From assembly GCF_003334785.1 (NCBI RefSeq), contig NZ_QOWV01000005.1: a stretch of DNA of 64,000 nucleotides. One strand, 5' to 3'. Position numbers and translations under genes: made by a program. Origin of the DNA: Escherichia coli (GTDB taxonomy: Bacteria; Pseudomonadota; Gammaproteobacteria; Enterobacterales; Enterobacteriaceae). This document shows positions 23,602 through 35,338 of this stretch, piece after piece (within the stretch, counting starts at the first letter, position 1; each line of letters opens with the position of its first letter). The notes beneath the pieces are model-generated. The model did no database searches and had not been told where the DNA came from. It saw nothing but the letters and a program-made list of their open reading frames with translations.

Positions 23602-24312
23602 ATGAAGAAAGGTTTTATGTTGTTTACTTTGTTAGCGGCGTTTTCAGGCTTTGCTCAGGCTGATGACGCGGCAATTCAACAAACGTTAGCCAAAATGGGC
23701 ATCAAAAGCAGCGATATTCAGCCCGCGCCTGTAGCTGGCATGAAGACAGTTCTGACTAACAGCGGCGTGTTGTACATCACCGATGATGGTAAACATATCA
23801 TTCAGGGGCCAATGTATGACGTTAGTGGCACGGCTCCGGTCAATGTCACCAATAAGATGCTGTTAAAGCAGTTGAATGCGCTTGAAAAAGAGATGATCGT
23901 TTATAAAGCGCCGCAGGAAAAACACGTCATCACCGTGTTTACTGATATTACCTGTGGTTACTGCCACAAACTGCATGAGCAAATGGCAGACTACAACGCG
24001 CTGGGGATCACCGTGCGTTATCTTGCTTTCCCGCGCCAGGGGCTGGACAGCGATGCAGAGAAAGAAATGAAAGCTATCTGGTGTGCGAAAGATAAAAACA
24101 AAGCGTTTGATGATGTGATGGCAGGTAAAAGCGTCGCACCAGCCAGTTGCGACGTGGATATTGCCGACCATTACGCACTTGGCGTCCAGCTTGGCGTTAG
24201 CGGTACTCCGGCAGTTGTGCTGAGCAATGGCACACTTATTCCGGGTTACCAGCCGCCGAAAGAGATGAAAGAATTCCTCGACGAACACCAAAAAATGACC
24301 AGCGGTAAATAA
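23602..24312 (+). CDS. dsbC: periplasmic disulfide isomerase DsbC, 236 aa
   Basis: Track ORF 23602..24312; signal peptide MKKGFMLFTLLAAFSGFAQA; CGYC active site. Confidence 0.96.
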   Translation: MKKGFMLFTLLAAFSGFAQADDAAIQQTLAKMGIKSSDIQPAPVAGMKTVLTNSGVLYITDDGKHIIQGPMYDVSGTAPVNVTNKMLLKQLNALEKEMIVYKAPQEKHVITVFTDITCGYCHKLHEQMADYNALGITVRYLAFPRQGLDSDAEKEMKAIWCAKDKNKAFDDVMAGKSVAPASCDVDIADHYALGVQLGVSGTPAVVLSNGTLIPGYQPPKEMKEFLDEHQKMTSGK

Positions 24313-24317
24313 TTCGC

Positions 24318-26051
24318 GTGAAACAACAGATACAACTTCGTCGCCGTGAAGTCGATGAAACGGCAGACTTGCCCGCTGAATTGCCTCCCTTGCTGCGCCG
24401 TTTATACGCCAGCCGGGGAGTACGCAGTGCGCAAGAACTGGAACGCAGTGTTAAAGGTATGCTGCCCTGGCAGCAACTGAGCGGCGTCGAAAAGGCCGTT
24501 GAGATCCTTTACAACGCTTTTCGCGAAGGAACGCGGATTATTGTGGTCGGTGATTTCGACGCCGACGGCGCGACCAGCACGGCTCTAAGCGTGCTGGCGA
24601 TGCGCTCGCTTGGTTGCAGCAATATCGACTACCTGGTACCAAACCGTTTCGAAGACGGTTACGGCTTAAGCCCGGAAGTGGTCGATCAGGCCCATGCCCG
24701 TGGCGCGCAGTTAATTGTCACGGTGGATAACGGTATTTCCTCCCATGCGGGGGTTGAGCACGCTCGCTCGTTGGGCATCCCGGTTATTGTTACCGATCAC
24801 CATTTGCCAGGCGACACATTACCCGCAGCGGAAGCGATCATTAACCCTAACTTGCGCGACTGTAATTTCCCGTCGAAATCACTGGCAGGCGTGGGTGTGG
24901 CGTTTTATCTGATGCTGGCGCTGCGCACCTTTTTGCGCGATCAGGGCTGGTTTGATGAGCGTAACATCGCAATTCCTAACCTGGCAGAACTGCTGGATCT
25001 GGTCGCGCTGGGGACAGTGGCGGACGTCGTGCCGCTGGACGCTAATAATCGCATTCTGACCTGGCAGGGGATGAGTCGCATCCGAGCCGGAAAGTGCCGT
25101 CCGGGGATTAAAGCGCTGCTTGAAGTGGCAAACCGTGATGCACAAAAACTCGCCGCCAGCGATTTAGGTTTTGCGCTGGGGCCACGTCTCAATGCTGCCG
25201 GACGACTGGACGATATGTCCGTCGGTGTGGCGCTGTTGTTGTGCGACAACATCGGCGAAGCGCGCGTGCTGGCAAATGAACTCGATGCGCTAAACCAGAC
25301 GCGAAAAGAGATCGAACAAGGAATGCAAATTGAAGCCCTGACCCTGTGCGAGAAACTGGAGCGCAGCCGTGACACGCTACCCGGCGGGCTGGCAATGTAT
25401 CACCCCGAATGGCATCAGGGCGTTGTCGGTATTCTGGCTTCGCGCATCAAAGAGCGTTTTCACCGTCCGGTTATCGCGTTTGCGCCAGCAGGTGACGGTA
25501 CGCTGAAAGGTTCCGGTCGCTCCATTCAGGGGCTGCATATGCGTGATGCGCTGGAGCGATTAGACACACTCTACCCTGGCATGATGCTGAAGTTTGGCGG
25601 TCATGCGATGGCGGCGGGTTTGTCGCTGGAAGAGGATAAATTCAAACTCTTTCAACAACGGTTTGGCGAACTGGTTACTGAGTGGCTGGACCCTTCGCTA
25701 TTGCAAGGCGAAGTGGTATCAGACGGTCCGTTAAGCCCGGCCGAAATGACCATGGAAGTGGCGCAGCTGCTGCGCGATGCTGGCCCGTGGGGGCAGATGT
25801 TCCCGGAGCCGCTGTTTGACGGTCATTTCCGTCTGCTGCAACAGCGGCTGGTGGGCGAACGTCATTTGAAGGTGATGGTCGAACCGGTCGGCGGCGGTCC
25901 ACTGCTGGATGGTATTGCTTTTAATGTCGATACCGCCCTCTGGCCGGATAACGGCGTGCGCGAAGTGCAACTGGCTTATAAGCTCGATATCAACGAGTTT
26001 CGCGGCAACCGCAGCCTGCAAATTATCATCGACAATATCTGGCCAATTTAG
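24318..26051 (+). CDS. recJ: ssDNA-specific 5'-3' exonuclease RecJ, 577 aa; GTG start
   Basis: Track ORF 24318..26051; DHH phosphoesterase motifs (GDFDADGATS, DHH). Confidence 0.96.
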   Translation: MKQQIQLRRREVDETADLPAELPPLLRRLYASRGVRSAQELERSVKGMLPWQQLSGVEKAVEILYNAFREGTRIIVVGDFDADGATSTALSVLAMRSLGCSNIDYLVPNRFEDGYGLSPEVVDQAHARGAQLIVTVDNGISSHAGVEHARSLGIPVIVTDHHLPGDTLPAAEAIINPNLRDCNFPSKSLAGVGVAFYLMLALRTFLRDQGWFDERNIAIPNLAELLDLVALGTVADVVPLDANNRILTWQGMSRIRAGKCRPGIKALLEVANRDAQKLAASDLGFALGPRLNAAGRLDDMSVGVALLLCDNIGEARVLANELDALNQTRKEIEQGMQIEALTLCEKLERSRDTLPGGLAMYHPEWHQGVVGILASRIKERFHRPVIAFAPAGDGTLKGSGRSIQGLHMRDALERLDTLYPGMMLKFGGHAMAAGLSLEEDKFKLFQQRFGELVTEWLDPSLLQGEVVSDGPLSPAEMTMEVAQLLRDAGPWGQMFPEPLFDGHFRLLQQRLVGERHLKVMVEPVGGGPLLDGIAFNVDTALWPDNGVREVQLAYKLDINEFRGNRSLQIIIDNIWPI

Positions 26052-26141
26052 CGTCATCTTCTCTATAAAAAAGAGCGTGGATTGGGTACAATCCCGCTCT
26101 TATCACCGCATTTTGACTAGCTCAATAAAAGAAATCAGACC

Positions 26142-27240
26142 ATGTTTGAAATTAATCCGGTAAATAATCGCATTCAGGACCTCACGGAACGCTCCGACGT
26201 TCTTAGGGGGTATCTTTGACTACGACGCCAAGAAAGAGCGTCTGGAAGAAGTAAACGCCGAGCTGGAACAGCCGGATGTCTGGAACGAACCCGAACGCGC
26301 ACAGGCGCTGGGTAAAGAGCGTTCCTCCCTCGAAGCCGTTGTCGACACCCTCGACCAAATGAAACAGGGGCTGGAAGATGTTTCTGGTCTGCTGGAACTG
26401 GCTGTAGAAGCTGACGACGAAGAAACCTTTAACGAAGCCGTTGCTGAACTCGACGCCCTGGAAGAAAAACTGGCGCAGCTTGAGTTCCGCCGTATGTTCT
26501 CTGGCGAATATGACAGCGCCGACTGCTACCTCGATATTCAGGCGGGGTCTGGCGGTACGGAAGCACAGGACTGGGCGAGCATGCTTGAGCGTATGTATCT
26601 GCGCTGGGCAGAATCGCGTGGTTTCAAAACTGAAATCATCGAAGAGTCGGAAGGTGAAGTGGCGGGTATTAAATCCGTGACGATCAAAATCTCCGGCGAT
26701 TACGCTTACGGCTGGCTGCGTACAGAAACCGGCGTTCACCGCCTGGTGCGTAAAAGCCCGTTTGACTCCGGCGGTCGTCGCCACACGTCGTTCAGCTCCG
26801 CGTTTGTTTATCCGGAAGTTGATGATGATATTGATATCGAAATCAACCCGGCGGATCTGCGCATTGACGTTTATCGCGCGTCCGGCGCGGGCGGTCAGCA
26901 CGTTAACCGTACCGAATCTGCGGTGCGTATTACCCACATCCCGACCGGGATCGTGACCCAGTGCCAGAACGACCGTTCCCAGCACAAGAACAAAGATCAG
27001 GCCATGAAGCAGATGAAAGCGAAGCTTTATGAACTGGAGATGCAGAAGAAAAATGCCGAGAAACAGGCGATGGAAGATAACAAATCCGACATCGGCTGGG
27101 GCAGCCAGATTCGTTCTTATGTCCTTGATGACTCCCGCATTAAAGATCTGCGCACCGGGGTAGAAACCCGCAACACGCAGGCCGTGCTGGACGGCAGCCT
27201 GGATCAATTTATCGAAGCAAGTTTGAAAGCAGGGTTATGA
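26142..27240 (+). CDS. prfB: peptide chain release factor 2, 365 aa, requires programmed +1 ribosomal frameshift at 26214-26220
   Basis: Frame 0 from ATG 26142 encodes [25 protein letters not shown] then in-frame TGA (26217-26219). Frame +1 continues as [18 protein letters not shown]... (track ORF 26359..27240 is the downstream part); GGQ motif (SGAGGQHVN) present. Confidence 0.93.
26201..26220 (+). promoter_or_regulatory. RF2 autoregulatory frameshift site: internal SD-like AGGGGG + UAU CUU UGA C
   Basis: cttagggggtatctttgac read directly; canonical prfB recoding signal. Confidence 0.9.
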
Positions 27241-27249
27241 GGAACCAAC

Positions 27250-28767
27250 ATGTCTGAACAACACGCACAGGGCGCTGACGCGGTAGTCGATCTTAACAAT
27301 GAACTGAAAACGCGTCGTGAGAAGCTGGCGAACCTGCGCGAGCAGGGGATTGCCTTCCCGAACGATTTCCGTCGCGATCATACCTCTGACCAATTGCACG
27401 CAGAATTCGACGGCAAAGAGAACGAAGAACTGGAAGCGCTGAACATCGAAGTCGCCGTTGCTGGCCGCATGATGACCCGTCGTATTATGGGTAAAGCGTC
27501 TTTCGTTACCCTGCAGGACGTTGGCGGTCGCATTCAGCTGTACGTTGCCCGTGACGATCTCCCGGAAGGCGTTTATAACGAGCAGTTCAAAAAATGGGAC
27601 CTCGGCGACATCCTCGGCGCGAAAGGTAAGCTGTTCAAAACCAAAACCGGCGAACTGTCTATCCACTGCACCGAGTTGCGTCTGCTGACCAAAGCACTGC
27701 GTCCGCTGCCGGATAAATTCCACGGCTTGCAGGATCAGGAAGCGCGCTATCGTCAGCGTTATCTCGATCTCATCTCCAACGATGAATCCCGCAACACCTT
27801 TAAAGTGCGCTCGCAGATCCTCTCTGGTATTCGCCAGTTCATGGTGAACCGCGGCTTTATGGAAGTTGAAACGCCGATGATGCAGGTGATCCCTGGCGGT
27901 GCCGCTGCGCGTCCGTTTATCACCCACCATAACGCGCTGGATCTCGACATGTACCTGCGTATCGCGCCGGAACTGTACCTCAAGCGTCTGGTGGTTGGTG
28001 GCTTCGAGCGTGTATTCGAAATCAACCGTAACTTCCGTAACGAAGGTATTTCCGTACGTCATAACCCAGAGTTCACCATGATGGAACTCTACATGGCTTA
28101 CGCAGATTACAAAGATCTGATCGAGCTGACCGAATCGCTGTTCCGTACTCTGGCACAGGATATTCTCGGTAAGACGGAAGTGACCTACGGCGACGTGACG
28201 CTGGACTTCGGTAAACCGTTCGAAAAACTGACCATGCGTGAAGCGATCAAGAAATATCGCCCGGAAACCGACATGGCGGATCTGGACAACTTCGACTCTG
28301 CGAAAGCAATTGCTGAATCTATCGGCATCCACGTTGAGAAGAGCTGGGGTCTGGGCCGTATCGTTACCGAGATCTTCGAAGAAGTGGCAGAAGCACATCT
28401 GATTCAGCCGACCTTCATTACTGAATATCCGGCAGAAGTTTCTCCGCTGGCGCGTCGTAACGACGTTAACCCGGAAATCACAGACCGCTTTGAGTTCTTC
28501 ATTGGTGGTCGTGAAATCGGTAACGGCTTTAGCGAGCTGAATGACGCGGAAGATCAGGCGCAACGCTTCCTGGATCAGGTTGCCGCGAAAGACGCAGGTG
28601 ACGACGAAGCGATGTTCTACGATGAAGATTACGTCACCGCACTGGAACATGGCTTACCGCCGACAGCAGGTCTGGGAATTGGTATCGACCGTATGGTAAT
28701 GCTGTTCACCAACAGCCATACCATCCGCGACGTTATTCTGTTCCCGGCGATGCGTCCGGTAAAATAA
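27250..28767 (+). CDS. lysS: lysyl-tRNA synthetase (constitutive), 505 aa
   Basis: Track ORF 27250..28767, [44 protein letters not shown]...; class II aaRS motifs. Confidence 0.97.
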
Positions 28768-28787
28768 GCATTACGTTATGCTCACAA

Positions 28788-28812
28788 CCTCGGCAAATGT
28801 CGGGGTTTTTTT
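28788..28812 (+). terminator. terminator after lysS (hairpin with G-U pairs + T7 run)
   Basis: cctcggcaaatgtcgggg followed by ttttttt; overlaps the 3' end of convergent idi. Confidence 0.6.
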
Positions 28813-29359
28813 ATTTAAGCTGGGTAAATGCAGATAATCGTTTTCTGGCTTCGCGATTTGTCGCCTGCATCACCATCCACGGACTGAACGCCCACGGCGT
28901 GGCATCAATACCGTGTAATACATCTGCTAAATCACACCATTGATAATCCATCACTTCATCATCATTGATCTGTAACGCACTAGTGGTGCGTGCGGCAAAT
29001 ACCGGACACACTTCATTTTCCACAATGCCACTCGGATCGGTGGCGCGGTAGCGAAAGTCAGGATAGATAGATTCAGGAGGCGTAATTTCCACGCCAAGCT
29101 CATAACGGCAACGGCGGATCACTGCGTCTTCGTTGCTTTCTCCCAGTTGTGGGTGCCCACAAACCGAGTTAGTCCACACGCCAGGCCATGCTTTTTTGCT
29201 CAGTGCGCGGCGGGTAACTAATAATTGTCCTTTGGCATTAAACAGCCAACTGGAGAACGCGAGATGTAAGCGGGTGTCTGCCGTGTGTGCGGCATACTTT
29301 TCCAGCGTACCCGTGGGAACTCCCTGTGCATTCAATAAAATGACGTGTTCCGTTTGCAT
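28811..29359 (-). CDS. idi: isopentenyl-diphosphate delta-isomerase (Nudix type 1), 182 aa
   Basis: Track ORF 28811..29359, [41 protein letters not shown]... Confidence 0.95.
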   Translation of the reverse strand: MQTEHVILLNAQGVPTGTLEKYAAHTADTRLHLAFSSWLFNAKGQLLVTRRALSKKAWPGVWTNSVCGHPQLGESNEDAVIRRCRYELGVEITPPESIYPDFRYRATDPSGIVENEVCPVFAARTTSALQINDDEVMDYQWCDLADVLHGIDATPWAFSPWMVMQATNREARKRLSAFTQLK

Positions 29360-29608
29360 AATTTCTCACATGTAATTCTGATCACTCATCATTATAGATA
29401 ATTGAAGAGTGAAATGATTAACCAAGTGAGCGTTTATCGACAACCGCCCGTTTTGAGCGGATGCCGACAGGTAAAAACCATTTAAAAAAGTAGCATCATA
29501 TATTTGAAGCGACTTTCAATGGCCATTGCAACACAGTCAGAAATGACAGGAATAGAGAGAGTAAAAAGCAACAACAGACTGAATATAGCGCGCATTAAAA
29601 AATTCATA

Positions 29609-31057
29609 TTATTCTCCATGCTCATTTTTCTTCAGCTTGCGCATCAGAAGCCACATACGTACTGTCCTGACTTTTAAATCTTTATCAGAGACGGATTCCT
29701 TCACCAGGTCAGCATGATGCTGATAGCCATTAAAGAAGACGTTCAGCACAACGGCGCTAAGGGTTGCGAGCATAATGCCGCTATGTAGCAGCGGTTGCAG
29801 TACGGCCGGTAACTTAGAAAAGAAATCGTGAGAGAGCGTCGGAGTCATGCCAACGCCGAGACTGATCGCCACAATATAGAGGTTGTAACGGTTGGTGGTG
29901 TAGTTACAGCGCGACAGAATTCGAATCCCTGTCGCCAGTACCATGCCGAACATCACTAGACCAGCGCCGCCCAGCACAAATTGCGGAATGGAGGCTACCA
30001 GCACCGCCATTTTTGGCACCATGCCAAACAGGATTAATATAATTCCCGAAGAAATACACACCCAGCGGCTATGAACGCGCGTCACGCTAACCAGGCCAAC
30101 GTTTTGAGAAAATGACGTGTGGGGGAAGCTGTTAAACGTGCCGCCTATCATTGTCCCTACGCCATCGACACGCAGCCCGCGAATAATATCGTGCGAAGAG
30201 AGTTTACGACCGACTATTTCACCCAGTGCCAGGAACATCCCCATCGACTCGATAAACACGATGATTAACACGGCAGTCATGGTCAGAATGGAAACGGGAT
30301 CGAAAATCGGCATACCAAACGACATCGGCGTAACAATCGCAAACCATGAAGCATCATGTAGCCCGGATAAATTGACTTCATTCATCATCCACGAAAGTAA
30401 AAAGCCAAATACAATCCCCAGTAATACGGCGACGTTGGACATAAATCCTTTCGCATAGCGAGTAATGAGCAAGATAAAAATTAAGACGGCAAAGGAGATA
30501 CCTAAATAAACGGGATTACCATATTGCGGATTCCCTTTACCTCCGGCGGCCCAGTCAATACCCACCTGAATGATGCTAAGCCCGATAGAAGTAATAACCA
30601 CACCGGTAACCAGTGGCGGGAATAAAGGCATCAAGCGACCGATAAGTGGCGCTAATAATGTGGTGATAAAACCCGCGGCGATAGTGGCACCAAATATCCC
30701 CAGCAGGCCGATATCCGGGTTCATCCCAATGGCTATCATTGGTGTTACAGCAGCAAAGGTCACCGACATAATCACCGGCAGGCGGATCCCCATAAAGCGG
30801 CCGATACCGATACATTGCAATAATGTGACGATCCCGCAGCAAAAGAGATCCGAGCTAATGAGCATCGCAATAGCTTCTTTTGAGAGGCCCAGTCGGTCAC
30901 CAATCATAAGAGGAACAGCGACTGCACCTGCGTACATGACAAGGACGTGTTGCAGACCGAGTATGATCAGCTTTCCTGGTGATAATATGCGGTCAACCTC
31001 ATCAGTTGGGCGGTCTTGCCCAGAAGATGAGGGAAGTTGGGAATCTATGGCGCTCAT
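29609..31057 (-). CDS. uacT: NCS2-family nucleobase permease (uric acid transporter UacT/YgfU), 482 aa
   Basis: Track ORF 29609..31186; start refined to Met 44 (MSAIDSQLPSSSGQDRPTDE...); polytopic membrane protein of the xanthine/uracil permease family. Confidence 0.9.
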   Translation of the reverse strand: MSAIDSQLPSSSGQDRPTDEVDRILSPGKLIILGLQHVLVMYAGAVAVPLMIGDRLGLSKEAIAMLISSDLFCCGIVTLLQCIGIGRFMGIRLPVIMSVTFAAVTPMIAIGMNPDIGLLGIFGATIAAGFITTLLAPLIGRLMPLFPPLVTGVVITSIGLSIIQVGIDWAAGGKGNPQYGNPVYLGISFAVLIFILLITRYAKGFMSNVAVLLGIVFGFLLSWMMNEVNLSGLHDASWFAIVTPMSFGMPIFDPVSILTMTAVLIIVFIESMGMFLALGEIVGRKLSSHDIIRGLRVDGVGTMIGGTFNSFPHTSFSQNVGLVSVTRVHSRWVCISSGIILILFGMVPKMAVLVASIPQFVLGGAGLVMFGMVLATGIRILSRCNYTTNRYNLYIVAISLGVGMTPTLSHDFFSKLPAVLQPLLHSGIMLATLSAVVLNVFFNGYQHHADLVKESVSDKDLKVRTVRMWLLMRKLKKNEHGE

Positions 31058-31492
31058 CAGTGTTTCTCCTTTCGCCCGCCAGAGTAAAAAGCAACCGTTT
31101 ACGTTAATGAAACTGTCTAAACACATGCTCGTGGAGTGCCAGTTTTTGCGAGGAAGGGGAGTTAGAGACAGGAATTGCGGAGGCAATCACATAATCGTGG
31201 TTAAACCACGAAAATGAGAAGAGAACCTGACAATGGAATTATCTGTAATTTTCTCATATTGATATTTCATTAATCATTCTGGCATGTCGCACTCTCGCAT
31301 TTAATCGTTTTTATCTGGATAGCGCTCTTTTGATCGGCAATGTTGAAATAATGAAAGCGGCATAGATTGAGGGGCAATAATTTGAACTCAGTCGCAAAAT
31401 TATAATTAAAACGGTCATGCTACCTAATATATGCCCGTTTATTGCATCGCGAAATTTGAGAAGACATAACTCATTAAATGAAAGGGATGCAA

Positions 31493-33412
31493 ATGAATAA
31501 GTTTATTGCTGCTGAAGCTGCGGAATGTATAGGCTGTCATGCTTGTGAAATTGCCTGTGCGGTGGCACACAATCAAGAAAACTGGCCGCTGAGTCACAGT
31601 GACTTTCGACCGCGTATCCACGTTGTAGGGAAAGGCCAGGCTGCGAATCCGGTGGCCTGCCATCACTGCAACAATGCCCCTTGCGTTACGGCTTGTCCGG
31701 TTAATGCTCTGACTTTCCAGTCCGATAGCGTACAACTGGACGAGCAAAAATGTATTGGTTGTAAAAGATGCGCAATCGCTTGCCCCTTTGGCGTCGTTGA
31801 GATGGTCGATACGATTGCGCAGAAATGCGACCTTTGTAACCAGCGCAGTTCCGGCACGCAAGCCTGTATTGAAGTTTGCCCAACACAGGCGTTACGACTG
31901 ATGGACGATAAAGGGTTGCAGCAGATAAAGGTGGCCCGCCAGCGCAAAACGGCAGCAGGAAAAGCGTCATCAGACGCTCAGCCATCTCGCAGTGCAGCGT
32001 TGCTCCCCGTTAACTCGCGTAAAGGCGCAGATAAAATTTCAGCGAGTGAACGGAAAACCCACTTTGGCGAAATATATTGCGGGCTGGATCCACAACAAGC
32101 GACTTATGAGAGTGACCGCTGTGTTTATTGTGCCGAAAAAGCTAACTGCAACTGGCATTGCCCGCTGCATAACGCTATTCCGGATTACATCCGTCTGGTA
32201 CAGGAAGGAAAGATTATTGAAGCGGCAGAACTTTGCCACCAGACCAGTTCCTTACCAGAAATTTGCGGCAGGGTATGTCCACAGGACCGTCTTTGTGAAG
32301 GCGCATGTACTTTGAAAGATCACTCGGGCGCAGTCTCTATCGGTAATCTGGAACGCTACATCACCGATACCGCGCTGGCGATGGGCTGGCGTCCCGATGT
32401 CAGCAAAGTTGTTCCCCGTAGCGAAAAAGTGGCGGTGATTGGCGCTGGGCCTGCAGGGTTAGGGTGTGCTGATATTCTGGCGCGCGCAGGAGTTCAGGTC
32501 GATGTCTTTGATCGCCATCCAGAAATTGGCGGTATGCTGACTTTTGGCATTCCTCCTTTCAAACTCGATAAAACGGTATTAAGCCAGCGGCGAGAGATAT
32601 TCACCGCAATGGGAATCGACTTTCATCTTAACTGTGAAATTGGCCGCGATATTACCTTTAGCGATTTAACTTCTGAATATGATGCAGTTTTCATCGGCGT
32701 GGGGACTTACGGGATGATGCGAGCAGATCTGCCGCATGAAGATGCGCCCGGTGTCATTCAGGCTCTACCGTTCCTGACTGCCCATACCCGCCAGCTCATG
32801 GGATTGCCGGAGTCTGAAGAGTATCCGCTGACGGACGTGGAAGGTAAGCGAGTCGTGGTATTGGGCGGTGGCGATACGACAATGGATTGTTTGCGGACTT
32901 CCATCCGCCTCAATGCCGCCAGCGTGACCTGCGCGTATCGTCGTGATGAAGTCAGTATGCCGGGCTCGCGCAAAGAGGTGGTTAATGCGCGCGAGGAAGG
33001 TGTCGAGTTTCAGTTCAATGTTCAACCGCAATATATCGCTTGTGACGAAGATGGGCGTTTAACTGCGGTGGGCCTGATTCGTACCGCCATGGGTGAGCCG
33101 GGGCCGGATGGTCGCCGTCGTCCTCGTCCGGTAGCGGGTTCAGAGTTTGAATTGCCCGCCGATGTTCTGATTATGGCCTTTGGTTTCCAGGCGCATGCCA
33201 TGCCGTGGTTGCAGGGCAGCGGAATTAAACTCGATAAATGGGGCCTGATTCAAACCGGTGACGTCGGGTATTTACCTACCCAGACGCATCTGAAAAAAGT
33301 CTTTGCTGGTGGTGATGCAGTTCATGGCGCGGATCTGGTTGTCACTGCAATGGCCGCAGGAAGGCAGGCGGCGCGCGATATGTTAACTCTGTTTGATACG
33401 AAGGCATCGTGA
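31493..33412 (+). CDS. ygfT: Fe-S (2x4Fe-4S ferredoxin domain) + FAD/NAD(P) pyridine-nucleotide oxidoreductase, GltD/AegA-like, 639 aa
   Basis: Track ORF 31478..33412; start at Met 6 ([26 protein letters not shown]...); CxxCxxCxxxCP clusters followed by GAGPAG Rossmann motif. Confidence 0.9.
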
Positions 33413-33900
33413 TGAAATCGTTAATTATCGTTAATCCGGCTGACTGTATTGGCTGCCGTACTTGTGAAGTAGCCTGTGTGGTCGCTCACCCTTCAGAACA
33501 GGAGTTGAATGCCGATGTCTTTTTACCCCGGCTGAAGGTACAGCGACTGGACAGCATCAGTGCGCCGGTGATGTGCCATCAGTGTGAAAACGCCCCTTGT
33601 GTTGGCGCTTGCCCCGTGGGGGCGCTGACGATGGGCGAGCAGGTGGTGCAGACCAATTCTGCCCGTTGTATTGGCTGTCAGAGTTGCGTCAGTGCGTGCC
33701 CGTTTGGAATGATCACCATTCAGTCGTTGCCGGGGGATACCCGACAACAAATTGTGAAATGCGATCTCTGTGAACAGCGGGAAGAGGGGCCAGCCTGCGT
33801 TGAATCTTGCCCAACACAGGCGCTGCAGTTGCTTACTGAAAGAGAACTCAGGCGAGTCCGCCAGCAGCGTATTGTTGCCAGCGGTGAGAATCCTCTCTGA
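33412..33900 (+). CDS. ygfS: 4Fe-4S ferredoxin-type electron-transfer subunit, 162 aa
   Basis: Track ORF 33409..33900; ATG overlaps ygfT stop (TGATG); four CxxCxxCxxxCP-type motifs. Confidence 0.88.
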
Positions 33901-33906
33901 AAGAAA

Positions 33907-33930
33907 TCTCCGCGCTGAAAGGCGCGGAGA
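33907..33930. terminator. perfect hairpin TCTCCGCGC-tgaaag-GCGCGGAGA between convergent ygfS and ghxQ
   Basis: 9-bp perfect stem, 6-nt loop, A/T flanks on both sides; likely bidirectional terminator. Confidence 0.6.
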
Positions 33931-33935
33931 ATCTA

Positions 33936-35303
33936 TTAGATTGCCCAACCACCCGCGTAAAATGCGACCAGTGCGGCAGTAATGATCACCGTACCAATAT
34001 TCAGCTTTTGCCATTCGCGTGCAAAGACGCGGCCTACGACCAGTGTCACAAAGCCCAGCATAATACCGGTAACGATATTACAAGTCAGAACGATGAACAC
34101 GGCACACACCAGGCCAGCCATAGCGTCAATAAAATCATTGAAATCCAGCTTCGAGACGTTACTTAACATCAGCAAACCTACGTACATCAGAGCGGGTGCA
34201 GTGGCGTAACCAGGGATCAAAAATGACAGCGGTGATAAAAACAGAATTAACAGGAATAACGCCCCCACTACGGTTGCGGTTAAACCTGTTTTACCCCCGG
34301 CGGCGGTTCCTGCCGCTGATTCGATATAAACCGCTGCGGGCGCTGCGCCCACCAGGCCGGAGAATATTGAACTTACTGAGTCACTGGTCAGGGCTTTGCC
34401 GCCGTTGATGATCTGGTTGTCTTTATCCAACAAATTCGCCTGACCGGCGACGGCACGGATGGTGCCAGTAGCGTCGAACACTGCGGTCATCACCAATGCC
34501 AGTACACTCGGAAGTACAGTTGGCTGGAGTGCACCCATAATATCGAGGCTGAAAATCAGAGACTTACCATCTTCGCCAGTCAGGCTTGGCATCGCCACCA
34601 GACCGTGGTATTTCACCGCTGGGTCAAAGATTAAGCCGATGATCGAAATTGCAATAATCACCAACAAGATCCCGCCGGGTACGCGACACTTCTCCAGGCC
34701 GAAGATGACCGCCAGCCCCAGCAAGCTCATCATCACCGGGAAGGAGGTAAACGCACCGAGCGCCACTGGCAAGCCTTCAATCGGGTTTTTGATAACCATA
34801 CCCACACCGTTAGCAGCAATCAGCAGCAGAAACAGCCCGATACCGATACCTGTACCGTGAGCGATACCCATCGGCAAATTACGTAAGATCCAGGTACGCA
34901 CACCGGTTACGGAAATGGCGGTGAAGATGACGCCCATCAGAAATACCGCGCCCAGTGCGACAGGAACGCTAATTTGTTGCCCGAGTACCAGACTGAATGC
35001 GGTAAACGCCGTCAAGGAAATCGCGCAACCAATCGCCATTGGCAAATTAGCCCATAATCCCATCAGCAACGAGCCGAAGCCCGCGACCAGACAGGTGGCA
35101 ACAAACACAGCTGCGGGAGGAAAACCTGCTTTGCCCAGCATTCCCGGAACGACGATAACGGAATAAACCATGGCCAGAAAGGTCGTTAAGCCAGCCAGTA
35201 CTTCCTGACGAACGGTACTGCCACGAGCGGTAATTTTAAAATAATTATCCAGCGCGCCCTGTGGCTTTGGTGCGTCCGGTGTTTGTAGGATGTCTCCAGA
35301 CAT
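33936..35303 (-). CDS. ghxQ: guanine/hypoxanthine permease (NCS2/AzgA-like), 455 aa
   Basis: Track ORF 33936..35303, [45 protein letters not shown]... Confidence 0.9.
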   Translation of the reverse strand: MSGDILQTPDAPKPQGALDNYFKITARGSTVRQEVLAGLTTFLAMVYSVIVVPGMLGKAGFPPAAVFVATCLVAGFGSLLMGLWANLPMAIGCAISLTAFTAFSLVLGQQISVPVALGAVFLMGVIFTAISVTGVRTWILRNLPMGIAHGTGIGIGLFLLLIAANGVGMVIKNPIEGLPVALGAFTSFPVMMSLLGLAVIFGLEKCRVPGGILLVIIAISIIGLIFDPAVKYHGLVAMPSLTGEDGKSLIFSLDIMGALQPTVLPSVLALVMTAVFDATGTIRAVAGQANLLDKDNQIINGGKALTSDSVSSIFSGLVGAAPAAVYIESAAGTAAGGKTGLTATVVGALFLLILFLSPLSFLIPGYATAPALMYVGLLMLSNVSKLDFNDFIDAMAGLVCAVFIVLTCNIVTGIMLGFVTLVVGRVFAREWQKLNIGTVIITAALVAFYAGGWAI

Positions 35304-35338
35304 AATGATGTCCTCACGAGGATGTTAAAGTTTTATTA

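Noticed and set aside
27235-28650. 471-aa minus-strand ORF antisense to lysS, and 334-aa ORF 26203..27207 antisense to prfB
   Set aside because: Both mirror highly conserved housekeeping genes on the opposite strand; stop-codon-poor antisense frames are expected here and show no protein-family features.
31279-31300. sigma-54-like TGGCAT at 31279-31285 upstream of ygfT
   Set aside because: No GC dinucleotide at the -12 position 10 nt downstream (reads TC), so it does not meet the minimal GG-N10-GC rule.
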